From contig JAHLWZ010000113.1 in NCBI GenBank assembly GCA_020536535.1, forward strand, positions 1 to 64,000: a stretch of 64,000 bases of DNA, written 5' to 3'. The translations under genes were made by a program, and so were the position numbers. The DNA is from Pelomyxa schiedti. Lineage: Eukaryota > Protista > Evosea. This document shows, piece after piece, positions 26,017 to 39,941 of the stretch. Within the stretch, counting starts at the first letter, position 1, and every line of letters begins with the position of its first letter. Under the pieces are notes generated by a model, which was given only the letters and a program-made list of their open reading frames with translations, made no database searches and had not been told where the DNA came from.

Positions 26017-28409
26017 TCAGGAAGACTGAAGGAAAGCAAGTAGTTCATCGAGTGTGATGCTGGGTTTTCCTGCAAACATGGCTTGGAAGTCTCCAGTCAA
26101 GTCGAACTTTGCGGCGAAGGCCTCTACTTCAGACCATTCCAGGGTTCCACTGGAATCCTCATCAAGAAGGTCAAACATGAACCGGAAGTGAGGGAGTGAC
26201 TGCGGTGAGCGGGGATCGTTGATTGTGGCTATATTTGCCATCACTTGGAACAGAAGAACTTCCTTCAGGCTCAGGCGGCCATCATGATTTATGTCCATAG
26301 CATCAAATAATGCTCGAGAGTCACCAACGAGAGAAGGATCGATCTGTTTTAGGGTTAATTCAACAGCGGTAGTTAGGATTTTGCTCTACTATAGCATATA
26401 CTAGGGCCAAGTCACAAGGCAATAGCCGTGGTGTTTTTAGGTTGTCGAAAATGGATATAACATTTTGGAAACCACTTGCTGCAGCCAATGCCTTGATTCT
26501 TGCATTCCTTGGTATTCGAGTAAGAGAGGGGTTTACCGGGAAGCGCTTACGCACTCTACATCCAGTGCTTCACCAGGTTGAAGAGCTGACATTTCCGCAG
26601 CAGCTGTGTTTCTCTCAGCGTTTGGTTGAAGCTCTTCAGCTTTTCCAACAACTCCCACAAGAATATCGTGAAATTGCTTTGAATTGACAGCTCCACCCAC
26701 ATCACCAAAGAACCCAGCCTTTAGCTTCTCAGTCAAACCGAACTTGGCGGCAAATGGTGCTACTTCAGACCATTCAAGCACTCCATTTCCATTGCTGTCT
26801 AGGAGGTTGAAAAGAGTTGTGACACTTTCCGCGTCAAAGGACCCGAGCGCTACTGAAGTCATAACCTATGCTGTGTGAGAATTCAGCACTCTCTTAGTCT
26901 AAACCTTGAAGATGAGAAGTTCTTTGAGAGTTACTTCACCGTCACCATCAATATCTATGGCGTGGAAAAGCTTCTTCATATCTTCGTTGGTTGCAGGATC
27001 AATCTGGTAACGACAGTGAGTGCAGAGTTAAGCGTTCTTGTGAATTTAGTAGAATAAGTACCAATGAAAGGAGTAAGCCAAAGTCTGCAACGGCGATTTC
27101 TGGTGACTTTAACCGATCAAACAGGTCAAAGACTGCTTGGTAGCTCAGTGGGGAGGGATCGAACGTAGCAAACTGCAGTAATGTTGGGTTTCTTTTTGAG
27201 AGTGGTGAGTTGTGCCACTTGGAACTGTGACATACTCAAACATAAATCTTGTCCGCTGGTTTGGTTGTATAACTTCCGGAGGGGCTAGTGGCTCTTCGGT
27301 CGTGGCTATTAAAATAGCTGTCGAGGCGGCAGCATTAGCGGCAGCTTTTGCCAGAGGGGTATTTCGGGGAGCAATTTCGAGAATGGGACTTTCACTTGCT
27401 GGGGGAATTGTGGGCGTTGTCGAGGCAGAAGTTTCAGTAGCTGGAAGTGGTGAAGGTATGGGTGTAGAAGGAGTCGTGTCAGCACCAAGGGACAAAACAT
27501 AGGTCCTGGACAAGCTGTAATCGATAGTGAATGTACCCTTGGGGACAAGTGCATTTTGGAAGTGTGAATAGTCATCCTAAAAACAGTGAATAGATTCCTG
27601 TGGGAGCGAAAGGAAACCATTTTTCCTTCTTTAAATTGCCAGCAACCAACAAGATACGGTAATTCAGTATTCTGGGGCTCTTTCCCAAACAAGGAAGGAT
27701 CACGCCTGTAGCTCCATATGCGAACGTCTGCTACTAAACCATCATAGAAGTCCCGTCTTTGTTGCGAATAGCCGATATAAAGGGGTGCCCTTGAGTCAAC
27801 ATCAAGAGGGTTCCTCTTGGAACTGGGAATTTGTAGGTAATAGGGCAAAAAGTTAATTCTTGAAAGATACCATCCAATTCTACCAGGCATGTTTACGCCA
27901 TCCAAGTAAATGTTCATCGCCTCAAAGTTTCTTGCAACGGCGATATGGTGCCACCTTCCATCCATTAGACTTTCAACTAAGGTAATTGTCAGGACTACAA
28001 GGGAAGAAATAGTAAGGGGGAAAAACCTTTTGATGATAAACAGCAGTAACCATAGCCATCATCAGTAGCAAAAGTAATCACATTTGGATCCTCAAGGTAT
28101 ATTAACCACCCACCATTATCATAACCACCACCACGTGGTTTCCTAGAAATAATAGTCCCTAGGGAAAAAAGAATAAGACACACCACTAAACTAAAAACCT
28201 GAAAACTAAAAACCTGAAAACTAAAAACAAAAAACTTTCAAAAAAACAAAAAACAAAAAAAAACCAGTGAATCTGTTGGGCTTTATCCAGGCCTCGACTG
28301 TGAATGGCTCGCAACCAAAATTATAAGCGTTGCGCGTCAACTTGACGGCCAACTTGGTCCTCTCACAACACACAGCTGGCACAATATTGCACGTGTCTAC
28401 GGCCGCCAT
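26017..28409 (-). CDS. LamG/concanavalin-A-like domain plus duplicated EF-hand module protein; multi-exon
   Basis: FTVEAWIKP, DGRWHHIAVAR, IYLDG, PLYIG and VADVRIWS; EF loops DIDGDGEVTLKE, DSNGNGVLEWSE, DINHDGRLSLKE and DEDSSGTLEWSE. A continuous spliced frame links both parts. Confidence 0.85.
28186..28228. repeat. Intronic 15-bp tandem repeat (CTAAAAACCTGAAAA, about 2.5 copies)
   Basis: Seen directly in intron 1 of the LamG gene. Confidence 0.75.
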
Positions 28410-28897
28410 TTCACTCGCTACACCAAAGCGGTGTGTGGTGGTTGCTTTTGGTTTTTTCTTTGTTTTGGGTTGCTTATGAGAAGAACGAGAAATTCGTCCT
28501 TCTGGAAATTCCCCAGGTGGAGGTTGCCTTTTCCGGTGAGCGGGTATCTTCTCTCGGGTCAGTGTTCCGAGGCCATCATTTGTGAGTGCTAAGGGACGTA
28601 GGAATCTCCGCTATCTTTCCGGAGCTGCGTTTCTTACTTCTGAATCTGTGTATCAACGGTAGGTTGTTTCTAAAATGGAGTGCTGGCCAAGGGCTCGTCT
28701 TTTTGTCTCTTTTTCTAAGCTTTTCTCTTTTGTTGCTGTTTGCAAGAAACAAACAAAATCTAGTGGAGGGGCGTGGTTAAGTCCGGGGAGACGAGAAAAC
28801 CACAACCCCACAATTGCCACAGCGCCGCCAACCAACCGACGCCACATAAGCAGCAGCGGCACCTGTGTCTGAATACTTTGTTCAACACTAAGATACT

Positions 28898-31800
28898 ATG
28901 AGCAGTAAGGCCAGAAAGCATCAGTTCACGTCGGTTGAGAGGTCTTCTCCCCCAGTATGCACTGTTTGCTCTGGTGCCGTTTTCGGCAGAGTCATGGTTT
29001 GCAAAGGTGCCACATTTTTTTTTTTGGTTTTTTAACAAGTGGAGGATTGGGGTTAATGCCAAATTCTTCTCTCTTTTTTTTTTTTTTTTTTAATGATTCG
29101 TTTTGGTTGGTATAGTGTGTCATGGAACTGTGCATGATATGTGTGTTTCTACTGCCGAGAAGCGCCCATGTGTGGAATCAGGGTTTACCACTGCATACCC
29201 AACAGCAATGTCAAGTAGTGGTAGTTCCAGTACAGTCAACATTCCTCCACCACCACTCAATGATATCCCACCCCCACCACCCCTACCTCCACCGTCTTCA
29301 GTACCCCCTCCACCATCTCCTCCACCTGCTGTTCCACCTATTATCCCGCCTCCTCCAACACTACCATTGTCCACTCCAAGCAATTTACTCCCACCACCTT
29401 CGCCACCTACGCCACATAATTCACCTCAGCAAACTACCTTTGTTGTTGGCCGACGCCCTTCTGGTGCTTCAGCTCTTTCAAGTAGTGCTGTTGGTGCATT
29501 GGCTGCAGCAGTGGGATTAGCCAGCAGCCCAACTGTCTCTCACCACAATACACAATTTCATCAGCCAGGTTCCTTTGTCTCAGCCCAACCATCCCACTTT
29601 GCAACATCACCTAACCTCTCTTCCTCACCAACAATCTCTTCCATAGCCTCTCTTGCTTCGGACCCTGCCCCTCTCATTAGCACCGCACTTCTTTCAATGC
29701 CCACCCGCAGTGGAACACCCACCAACACTATACCTTCACTTCTTGAATCACCTTCGTGGAGACAGCCCAACAACTTTTCTGAATCAACATATATACCAGG
29801 ATCAGTTAGTATCAATACACCAAGACATCCAAGAAGTTACTCCCCTGACTGTGAGACCACACTTAATATTTTACAGCCTCGTATGGAACTGTGAGGAAAA
29901 GAAATGCCACTGCTGCTCCAAGGCCTTCTATACAGCAGGCTGTTATTACTCCAGCTGAGGTAGCTTACTCTTTTTTACTAATCCTTATTTTCCCTCCAGG
30001 AAGCTCAACCAAGCAACAAGGATGGTTGGGGGCACTTTGAAACAGCTTACTTTAAAGAGAAGGAACACCAAAATAGTGCCTTCCTTTTTCCCGTCGATGA
30101 TATTGCTGTAACAAAAATCAAACGGAGACCTCTTCCCTCTTACATAAAGGTTACCACAACAGCAATATGTGTATCCGTAATTTCTCTCAGAAAGAGGTTT
30201 TATCCAGAGACTCAGGCACTGCAAGCAACGTTGATGTTTTTATTGATGAATACACTCGAGATTACGTTATTTTGGAGCATAGATCTTCATCTTTTGGAGT
30301 TAGCTTGTCCCTCCTGCTTTTTTGTACCAAATAGTTCATACAGGCTTCAAGAAATACTTTTTCGCATCCAATTGATACTGGATCTGATGAATTCTTTTCC
30401 TTTTATCGCAAACCTGAAGATAAACCAGCACCAGTTGCTCCCCCTGCTGCACCTGAAAATACCTCTTTACAAGCGGCCGATATTCAAAAAATGGTTGATG
30501 CCACCTCAAGTGGGCTTTCTGCTGCCTTCGGTCAGACGGAGATGAGTGGGAGCAGCTCAAATATTTCTGCAAAGAATAGTACAGATGTGGAGGTTGGAAA
30601 GCCAGCCTCACTTCAGGAGGTTTGCTCTTTTCCTGTCTCCTTGCACATAAGTAACTCTTGGAACAGTCACACTCCCCGGGATTCCTGGAGAAGGCATTCT
30701 TCCCCTTTAGGTAACATAGCTCTCATAACCACTCTCTTATCCCCTCCCTCATTTGTAGGCGTTCACTGCTTGTAGAACTAGGGCAGCTAAAACTTTTCAT
30801 GGGACAAGAAGAAGTTCTTGTTGGTACAATGGCACTATTCAATTCTACAAGTGGAGTCAAAACGAGTGAGGATTTTCACTTCCATTTGAAAGAAAAGTCT
30901 TCTACTGGAATTCCTTTTGAGCCACTATCCCTTCCCACAATGAAATATGTTTGTAACTATCCAAATACCTTGTCATAATTGTATTCAGGCCCTTTTTACT
31001 GTTGACCATCACTCGAGAAATCTATTCATTGTTATAAAGCTTTTCCGTGTGTTTCGTGGTGATGCAGATAAAGACTTGCAGAAGCTTGTTAATTCAAAAA
31101 CTGTAAAACACTTAATCTATTGATGACCTATTCACCGGTAAGGTAACTACTGTAGGCTCCAGCATACCTGCAGACAGTACATAATGAAATCCGAACTTAT
31201 CCAGCCACGCCTTTGCTTCCACCCTTGCAGCCTTTTCTTTGGACTTTCTTTCAAGTTTTCCAGGGTGAAGATAAGCTGGTCCTCACTAATTTGCATGAGT
31301 AAATGCTTTACCTTCTGAAGGGAAGTACTAATTTCAAAAAAAAAAAAAAAAAACAGAATTGAGTCTTTCTACCCATTGAAGGGGACAGCTGATGCTACGT
31401 TATGTGAGATGCTAACAAACCCAGAGGGTCTCCGAAAGGTTGGAAAAAACCCAACATCAGTCCTCTTTCACTGAATCCTTCATAAAAGAACAAAATTCCC
31501 GCCACAGGAACTTGCAAAGTCTCCTTCTATAATGAGAATGATACATCACATCTTGTTCTAGATCATCTCTTGACTCAAATTGAGGTTAAGCCTTCTTCGA
31601 AGGTCAAGGTATTACCCCCAAACCACACCCCTTTGTTTTGACCTTCTCCTTCTACACCCATCTACATTGCTGCACTGTAGAGTTTAGTGAGAAAGATGCA
31701 ACATTTTGTTACACCTGACGCAACTGCTCAACCACCATATACGGAATATGTAAACCATATGTTTATTTTCCCAGAATCAGCCCTTATGAAGCCAAATCAA

Positions 31801-34800
31801 AACATACAAGTTATGATTCAGCTGACAGAGGCAGTGAACTTAAATGATCCCAATTCTATCAACCCGCTCAAGGTAATTAGTTTCAGCTTGGATAAGCCTG
31901 TAACTTGTTAAAGGTTGTATATCCTCCTCTTGTCTCAGTCCCACGTAGTATTGAGTTCTTGACTGAAGGATTTTCTTCAGTGATTTGGAATGAAAAAGTC
32001 CCTGAATTTTGTGATGAGATCAAGGTAACACAAATGGTTTTCTCTTTATGTCATTATACAAAGATAAATCTTCCTACCCGACTCAACTGCAATCATAAAC
32101 TGGTTTTTACTTTTTTCAATATTAGTCCCGGTCCAACAAGAGGGCGGGTGTGATTCAATATTTGTTTTCCTCCTTCCTGATTCCACATGTAGCCCACTGT
32201 TGTTGGATACTCTGTACAACCTATATTTGGTGATAGGTTGCAGATTTCCATTTCATTTTCTTCTGACCACCCGCCCTCCTTATTAGTATAATCAGAAACG
32301 GTTCAAGGAAAATTCCAGTTTTCAAAGATCTCTCTGAGTGTCAGGTTGGAAAGATTGACAGAAAACAAACTCTAACTCTTTTGTAGATTGCAACAATGGA
32401 AGGGAGACATAAACATTACTTCTCCTTTCGTATCGAGACTGTTTCTAGTCTATATCCTCAAGACGAGATGCTTGCTCTATTTTTCTATAAGGCTATCAAG
32501 AGACCTGATGAATGTCTACGCAGTACTAGTCATGATGGCTCAAAAAGCATTGCTAAGCTGTCTGTCAGTCAACAATTGGTAAATCTTCCAATAAATATAG
32601 GAGGATCAATTCAATTCATTCCAGGAAGCCGTTGGTTATATCGATCAAGAAAAGATCTCTCCTCAAGCTCTTGTTCTTTTTTTCCCAACAATAATGTCCA
32701 CACTGTTCAACATAATGTGCACATGGTCTGAAATTGCATCTCATGCAACCTTTCTCTCTCTTCTCAAAATTTTACCAAGGTTTTCGTCAATCTCCTCTTT
32801 CTCGCCATCCCTGACAAATGTCCAGAATTGATAGATTTTTGAAAGCAGAAAAGACTGCGGCTCTCCTCTCCCACTATGTTCGGGCTATGCTGGACCCACC
32901 TCAGTGGCAATCTACACGTGGTCCATTGCATGAATTGCTTGTAAAGTACTGGACTGAACGCCTAAATGTTGCTGAAGAATTCAATGCTGAAGTTCCTCCA
33001 AATACTGAATACAGCTGGTTCTTTTTTGAGGTTATTTCCAAGAGTGCTTCCATTTGGGCTTTCACAAGCGGAAAGCTTGGTTTGTGCCTCAGTTTTTATC
33101 TTTCATTTTTCTTACGTTTGTCAGCAACGGATGAAAGAAGTGGGAGATTTCCTACAGATTTTATGGAGCGAATTTCGACCCTAATTAAGAGGATGATGGA
33201 GTATTGGATTTGCGTATGGCGAGATAAGAAGCCAAGGCCATCCATGCGCACTAATGCTCAATCTATCTCTACTTTTATCAGTGCAATGTTTCCTTTAGCT
33301 GACAGAGGGGTTCTGATCAGTGTGGTATGATGGAGATCACTTACGCTACTTTTACATAATATCTAGGTTAACGAATGTCTCCTCACTTGTGATCCTACAA
33401 CTGACGCATCTACATTTGCAATGTTTATTCTTCACATGCTGAGAACAGTTTCAGATTATGAGCACTATATTCCTCTCAATATGCCAGCACTCACTCCTCT
33501 AACTTTTGACACTGTGGAGGGATTGGATAGTTTATTTTGGTCGGTGTCACATAAAACTTTCAATTTTTCCTGATCACTCTAAAGGCAACGGCATCCCTTA
33601 GTGGGTGTACTCCTTTGTCTGGTGCAAAAATGTATTCTTCACAAGGGGACAAATCGCCTGCATGTATAACCTAACCTACAAGAGGCGGCAGTTTAATTAA
33701 AATAACAGGGGATCAAAACACTCCGTGACGTTCTTCGAAAGCATGCACTTGACGCACGGTATAATTCTCCCGAGCTGCAGAAGAAAATCTGTTCTATGTA
33801 CTTCCCATTGATTCTTTCGGTAGAGTAACATCGCTCTTTAATTCAGTAAGTTGTAATGGCTTTGTAGGCAGTTTCAAATAAAGAAGTTCTCAATCAGTTT
33901 GAGGACTCGCACAAACACGATTACCTCATCTCTTTTCTCTATGTTTTGAAAAACTGTGAAAAAGAGCTTCTTCGAATGTGGTGGAGAGCTGATACAGAAA
34001 AGAGACACACCATCTTTTTCGAACTTATTCTCGATTGCATCGAGCACTTCCAGGTTGTACCTTGATAGTCCTCACTCACCTAACTTGTAACTCAGGATCA
34101 AGCTGCGTTCAATGAAGTATTAAGAATTGCAGCAAAAAAAAGCAAGCTATTTATGGAGGAACGCAGACACTTCCTTGACAGCCCGCAGGACCCCGTTTTT
34201 AGTAGAATACTTGCAGTTTGGACAAGTCTGTTGGCTAACATAGACATATGTGCTTTTGTGTGAATCCTTCCCCACCTTTTTTTCCCTTATTAACTCTTTT
34301 CAGACTGCTGTTCCATTGGTGGATCCCAGAAGTTTACACCAGGCATGCCAATATTTACTTGTAATTAAATAAATTTCGAAACAGGCAACAACTTTTCAGC
34401 TCACTGCAGCTGGTGTTCGGACTCTCATTAATGATCATGGAGTGCAACTGTTCGTAAACCAGGGAAATTCTTTTTGTGATTTGCTCAGCTATGAGCTGTT
34501 GCGCTACATGAATAGCCCAAAAAATGCCACTGTCGGTGAAACGGCATTGGATCTTTTTTACCTGATGCTCTGGGTTTGTCAGTTGCCTTTTATTCCTATC
34601 AACTTACCATTTTTTCCAGCGGCACTTTGAGCATACAAATGACACTCTGCGTATGAAAATTCAAGCTCTTATTGCAGCAACGAAATTGTTAGGCTATGAA
34701 GGAGTGGTATGTCACCATTTCCAAAAAAGCAATGACAATTTTAAGAAAACGGACCTCTTGGATGAATCTTTACTGGCCCTCGACCAAAAGATACTCCAAG

Positions 34801-36684
34801 CCGACCAAGCTGATTTCCAACAGCATGCAAAGGAAGTAACTTCGCGATTACAGTCTCATTTGAGGTGGCAGTCCGAATTACCTATTGCAATGATTGACGC
34901 CAATAGATACAACGCCAAGATTGCTACCACTCAGGATCCCGAAACATTGATTGATCTGTGTTATAAAACAACCCTCAGCTACTTTGACTCACCCGATTTG
35001 ATGATAACGTGGCTCGACAGCTACATTGTTCCAAAGCATCAGGCAGTATGTAAACAGCTAAGCTGAGGCGCAAATCTCATTATCCACTTATGCTTAGAAT
35101 AATCACCTGGAAGAAGCTGCACAATGCAAAATTCTCAAGGCATATCTTATTGCCCAGTACCTTATATATGACAAACACCTCAACTCCATATCTGAGTCAG
35201 ATTTTATTGCTCTCAGCCCAAACCTGGATTGTATGAAACTACCCGTCTCAGATCTTTCCACATCCAAGGTTTTTTTTTTCGCCTTTCTCCCTTGGTGTTT
35301 AAAATACTATCACTTTAAGGCTGGGGGCCAATTTCAATCTGAGAATTGGTGTCTCTCCAGCTTGACGAATGCTTTGAAAGAAGCAATAGACTTTTTGGAA
35401 CAGGTTTTCTTCTCGTTTTTTCCCTATCCTTAATACAAAACGAAATCAAGGCAAATCTATATGAAGCTTGCATTGAGATTTACAATACACTTGGCAACAT
35501 ATACAAGCGAGAAAAGAATTATGCTGATATGAAAGAGGCCATGGAACAATGTGCAGCCATGTGTGGCACAATGGTGGAAAAGGAAAAGGTATAAATAGAC
35601 CTTACATTTTGTTGGCGCCCTTTAAAAATAAAAAGGGGAAAGAACCTCGAATCTTTGCCCGCTATTACAGAGTGGCATTCTTTGGAAATCTTATTGAAGA
35701 GCTGGATAGAACAGAGTATATCTATAAGATGCCCCCAGAGTGCATACTTGCAACTGCTACAAAGCACATTTCTCATGTGCTACAAACTAAACTGCCTCCC
35801 GCGAACGTGGCACTTTTGCCAAACAAAACGTTTGATGCCACGACCCTGGATCCTCACAAAATGTACTACCAAATTGTCTCTGTTGATCCCTACTTTGAGA
35901 ATGCCAGTCGAGTGTCTCTTTTTGAGAGGCACTTCAATACAAGCAAGAATCTAACTTTTCTGTGTTTCTAGTCTCATGAGAACTCTCACAGGTTCCTTCA
36001 TCTCCATGCAATCCTTCAGTGATGGAAAACGTAACGTGGAACTGCATGAACAGAAGAAGAAAAAGATTATTTACTCTGCTGAACTACCATTCCCATTTGT
36101 AAAAAATCGGCTGGCCATCAAAATGAAGCGGGAGGTGAAAAATCCCTTCACCGCTTGCCGTTTTTATTGCTGATTTACCAAACTAGATCATCATCGAACC
36201 AATCGAGAATGCTTTCGAACTTATCTCAGAGAGAATTGATAAAATACGAGAACAACTCGAGTACAATCCACCCAAGCTCAACCCTCTTCAGCAAGTTCTA
36301 CAAGGAAGTGTAGTTCCAAGTACGGTTTTCCTTTCCCCAATTTCCTACATTCTAAATTCCATCACAGTGGTCAACGAAGGCCCGCTGAAAATCTGTGAGA
36401 CATTCCTATCACCAGAAGCCCGAGCTACTCACCGAAAAGAGCACATTGACAAACTGTCCTGGGCCATGGCAACATTCATTGATTTCTGCGGGTATGCCAC
36501 GCAGCTCAACCACAGCATCATCGACGAGAAGCACGTGAAATTCCACCAGATGATATGTGACCATTTGGCCACAATGCGGAGCCGTGTCACTCCATTCTTA
36601 TCAGCAGGACATCGCCTCCAGGCTGTGATCACTCAGGAAGATATTGACAACAAAACATGGCGGCTTCATAAACTCCTTCCTTGA
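28898..36684 (+). CDS. DOCK/Zizimin-type Rho-family GEF (DHR1 C2 plus DHR2) with N-terminal C1 domain and Pro-rich region; many introns
   Basis: DHR1 YVNHMFIFPES, PEFCDEIK/INLPTRL..HKLVFTFFNIS; DHR2 YYRVAFFG, EYIYK, FPFVKNR, EPIENA and LQQVLQGSVVPMVNEGPLKICETFL. Confidence 0.93.
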
Positions 36685-36993
36685 CCCAACACCAACCATA
36701 CAAACACACCAATTCAAATGGGAATGTTCATGAACTAAAAGTGTGAAATTATTTTTAAACCCTACGATTGATTAGCTTTGGGGTAAAATTTTACCCATGA
36801 CCCCAACCTCTTTCTTCCTTCATTGCAATTACTGATTCAATTCGCGTACAAAATCCGAACCTCCTATCTACAATTTCTTTTGGTTTTTTTCCTTTGCGAC
36901 GGAACACTAAACATGTGGGGTATTGGAGGGCGATAGGAGGGAGTCTGAACTCTGTTACTGTGCAGAAATTGCTCTTCTTTGAAAGTATCTCCA

Positions 36994-39909
36994 TTACAGT
37001 GAAATGTCCACAACGAATTCCGAGTTGAATGGGAGACTCTCTGGAAGGGGAATGTTAATTGCGGCTCGGGAATCACCCAATTCATACCTTTTGGGTACCC
37101 ATGAGGGTTGTTGATTATTCTCGTGCCGTTTATTACTTGGTCTTGGAACCAGTGAGTGTGACCTTGAAAAGAGTGTTGAATTTGTGATTGTCATTACTTT
37201 GAATTGCTGTTACCGTAAAACCATGCGGCTACAGGCGGACCAAGCATTGCTCTTAAATCTGTGCAAAACGCATGGCTAAGGAAGAGTAAGGCATCGGAAA
37301 TTTGAATGACTTGTGAATACACACTTTCTCGGGGTGTTGTATTGTGAAGCGTCAGTGGAACAAAGATCAATTACAGGGGCATGATGTGTTAATACAACCA
37401 CTCGTTTCGAGTCCTTAGAAGCTCGTGCTATTTCCTAGAAATGGTTGAGGATGCTTAAGTGAAGAAAGAGAGAAGTACACACCTCTTTTAAAAATCGCGT
37501 TTCTTCCACGTGCCATTGATTTGTGTCTTCAATTGAGATCTTCCTTGATTCATTGAAGTCTATAGCTCTGTAATCAGTTAGAGCTAGATTGACACCAATT
37601 CGGGCCTCTTCTGGAATGAAAGACCACAGTGTAGCACCAAGAATCCTAAAAGCACCTAATTCAGTAAAAACCAACAAGAAAATAGTAGAGAAGTACCTGA
37701 CTCCTTCAATTTCGACACACGTTTTATCGAGGAAAACAGCACCTTCTGCTGCACAAATTTGTTGCATGGCCAGTTTCGCATCTTTTACAGCTGATTTGTA
37801 GAATTCCTTTTGGCAATTTTGGAAGTGTATCAAGTGATAATTACACACATGATTTCCCATCACAATAAAAACTTTCTTGAAGGCTCTTGTCTGTGCTCTC
37901 AAGAATTGTGATAACAGTAGTCTTGATTCTTCGTTTGCCAGTACGGTAGTATCACCCAATAATGCAAGATAAGGTGCCCGAGGAGTCAACGTAGGATTGC
38001 TACCAAACTCTAAATGGATGTCGGATGCACACTGCAAGGAGAAAGTACGAGAACGGATAGGACTAGAAATTGTTATTTCTGCAAAAAGAGGTTAACTGGC
38101 ATACTTAGGAATGCCTTCTAGGAAAGTGACAAGTTCCTGACTTCCAATTCTTTTTGCCATGGTCAGCGCAGTTTCTCCACGCACATTTTGCGTTTCCACC
38201 TACGCGCTATTAGTGAGGAACAAAGGAAAAAAAATCGTTGAAGTAATACTTGGGCTCCCTGCGCCACAAGAAGTTTTGCAAACTCCACATTGCCATGTGA
38301 ACAACAATAGTGCAATGGACTTGTATCGACCGTTATTTTGGTGCTTTTTCCTTCTATGTACATACGTATCTCCATTTACATTCCTTGACTGAATGATAGC
38401 ACCCTTTTTAATCTAACAGGATAGGGTTATCTTTCAAAGGATGAAAAGCTAATCCACACCAGTCGCTGTGCGAAATCAAACCTGTTACTCAGTGCAACAA
38501 GATGCAGTGGTGTTTGCCCTAATGAAATGTGAATCACAAAAATCTCGATATTTTTGGAACCTTCAACAGTTGTCACATTTACTGCACAGTGCTTAAAAAT
38601 GATACTTATTACTTTTTCATCAGACAAATTGCACGCCAAATGCATTGCCGTTTCTCCCGACTGATGATTGTGACGAGAAAAAAGAATTCTTAGGTGGATA
38701 CTTTTGATGTTGTATTGGCTGAAACTCCCTTTTCAATAAGCGGTTCTATAAAATGAGGGAGATTATGAATAATGCACTGTTTGATGGGGTTCAGCTCAGA
38801 CTAAAAGTGATTACAAGAAAGAAATAACTGAGATTTAAAACGTTTGGAGATCGCCAAGTGAATGTGTTGGGGTCACTGCGCTCAATACTATTCAGAGTAA
38901 GAAACACTTTTTCATGAAATCCCATACAGCAATGAAATGCAGTCAGTGTCACCATTCAACAGAGCAACGTCCAGTGGAGTCTGCCCATCCCCGTCAAGAA
39001 TAAACGTTGGTGCACCTGAGAAGAATCAACCAGGCCTTGCTGAAAGCAGTTACGCACCATGATCAATTAGTAGTGCAGCAATTTTGCTATGTCCTTTTTC
39101 AATTGCCAGAGACAGTGCAGTTTTGAGGTGCGCATTTGTTGCATTCAACTGTTTCAGACAAATTGATGAATGACTCATTTTGCACAAACAAACAATGGTC
39201 ATGTACATTGATTTCTGGAAACTGTAGTAACAGTTGCACTGCCTCCAGGTCCTTGTTTTCCACACAAATGTGCAAAGGTGTATTCTGTCCCTCATCAGTA
39301 CAGTTGATGTCCAGCCCACCTACCCACCAACACCAAAAATAAATAACAAGAACAAGAAAAAAAAAAAAAAAGACTACGACACAACCCAAAGGTGCCACTC
39401 ACGCAGGGGTTCTACTTCAATTTCAACAAGCCAAACCAAACCAAACAAGCCCAAATAAAGAAACAGAAACAAGCAACAGATGGTGGCTCCGGAGACGCCA
39501 AAGCGCAATGACACCAACCTGGCGGCGCCGCCGACCGCGGGGCCCGGCCGGCGTCGTGGAGCTCCTCCAAGTTGGCCGCGAGCAGCGCGCGCAGGGAGCT
39601 GGCGCCGCGCCTGGCGGCCGACAGCACCTCCCTGGGGTCCACCGTCGGCCCAGCTTGGTCGCCGCTTCCTCCTCCGTCGGCGGCGCCCTCGCCCGCCTCG
39701 TAGTCGCGGCTCCGTCGCAGGGAGCCCACTGTAGATCCCGTTCTCTGCTCTTTTTTTCCCCCCTCTAGTCTTTCGTGTAAGCTGCCTTGTTGGGTGATGG
39801 TGAACGGTGCCAAAACCACAGAGAGTCCCAGCAGAGCCACAAACATCGTTAAGGGCTGATGAGGATGGACTCCATCATCTCGCAGGAAATGGTTGCGGAA
39901 CATGATCAT
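36994..39909 (-). CDS. Ankyrin repeat-calcineurin-like metallophosphoesterase fusion (start approximate)
   Basis: Several ankyrins (NTPLHIC, TAMHLAC, QTPLHLV, SPLHYCC) followed by all five MPP motifs: SDIHLE, LLGD, GNHE, THHAP and GHTH. Confidence 0.87.
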
Positions 39910-39941
39910 CGTTGAGTTGATCTTTTTTCCAGACCGTGGGC

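Noticed and set aside
28504-28535. RNase MRP CR-I-like GGAAATTCCCC and U5 loop-like GCCTTTTCC
   Set aside because: No complementary CR-V strand and no U5 stem; kept only as an unclassified structured candidate.
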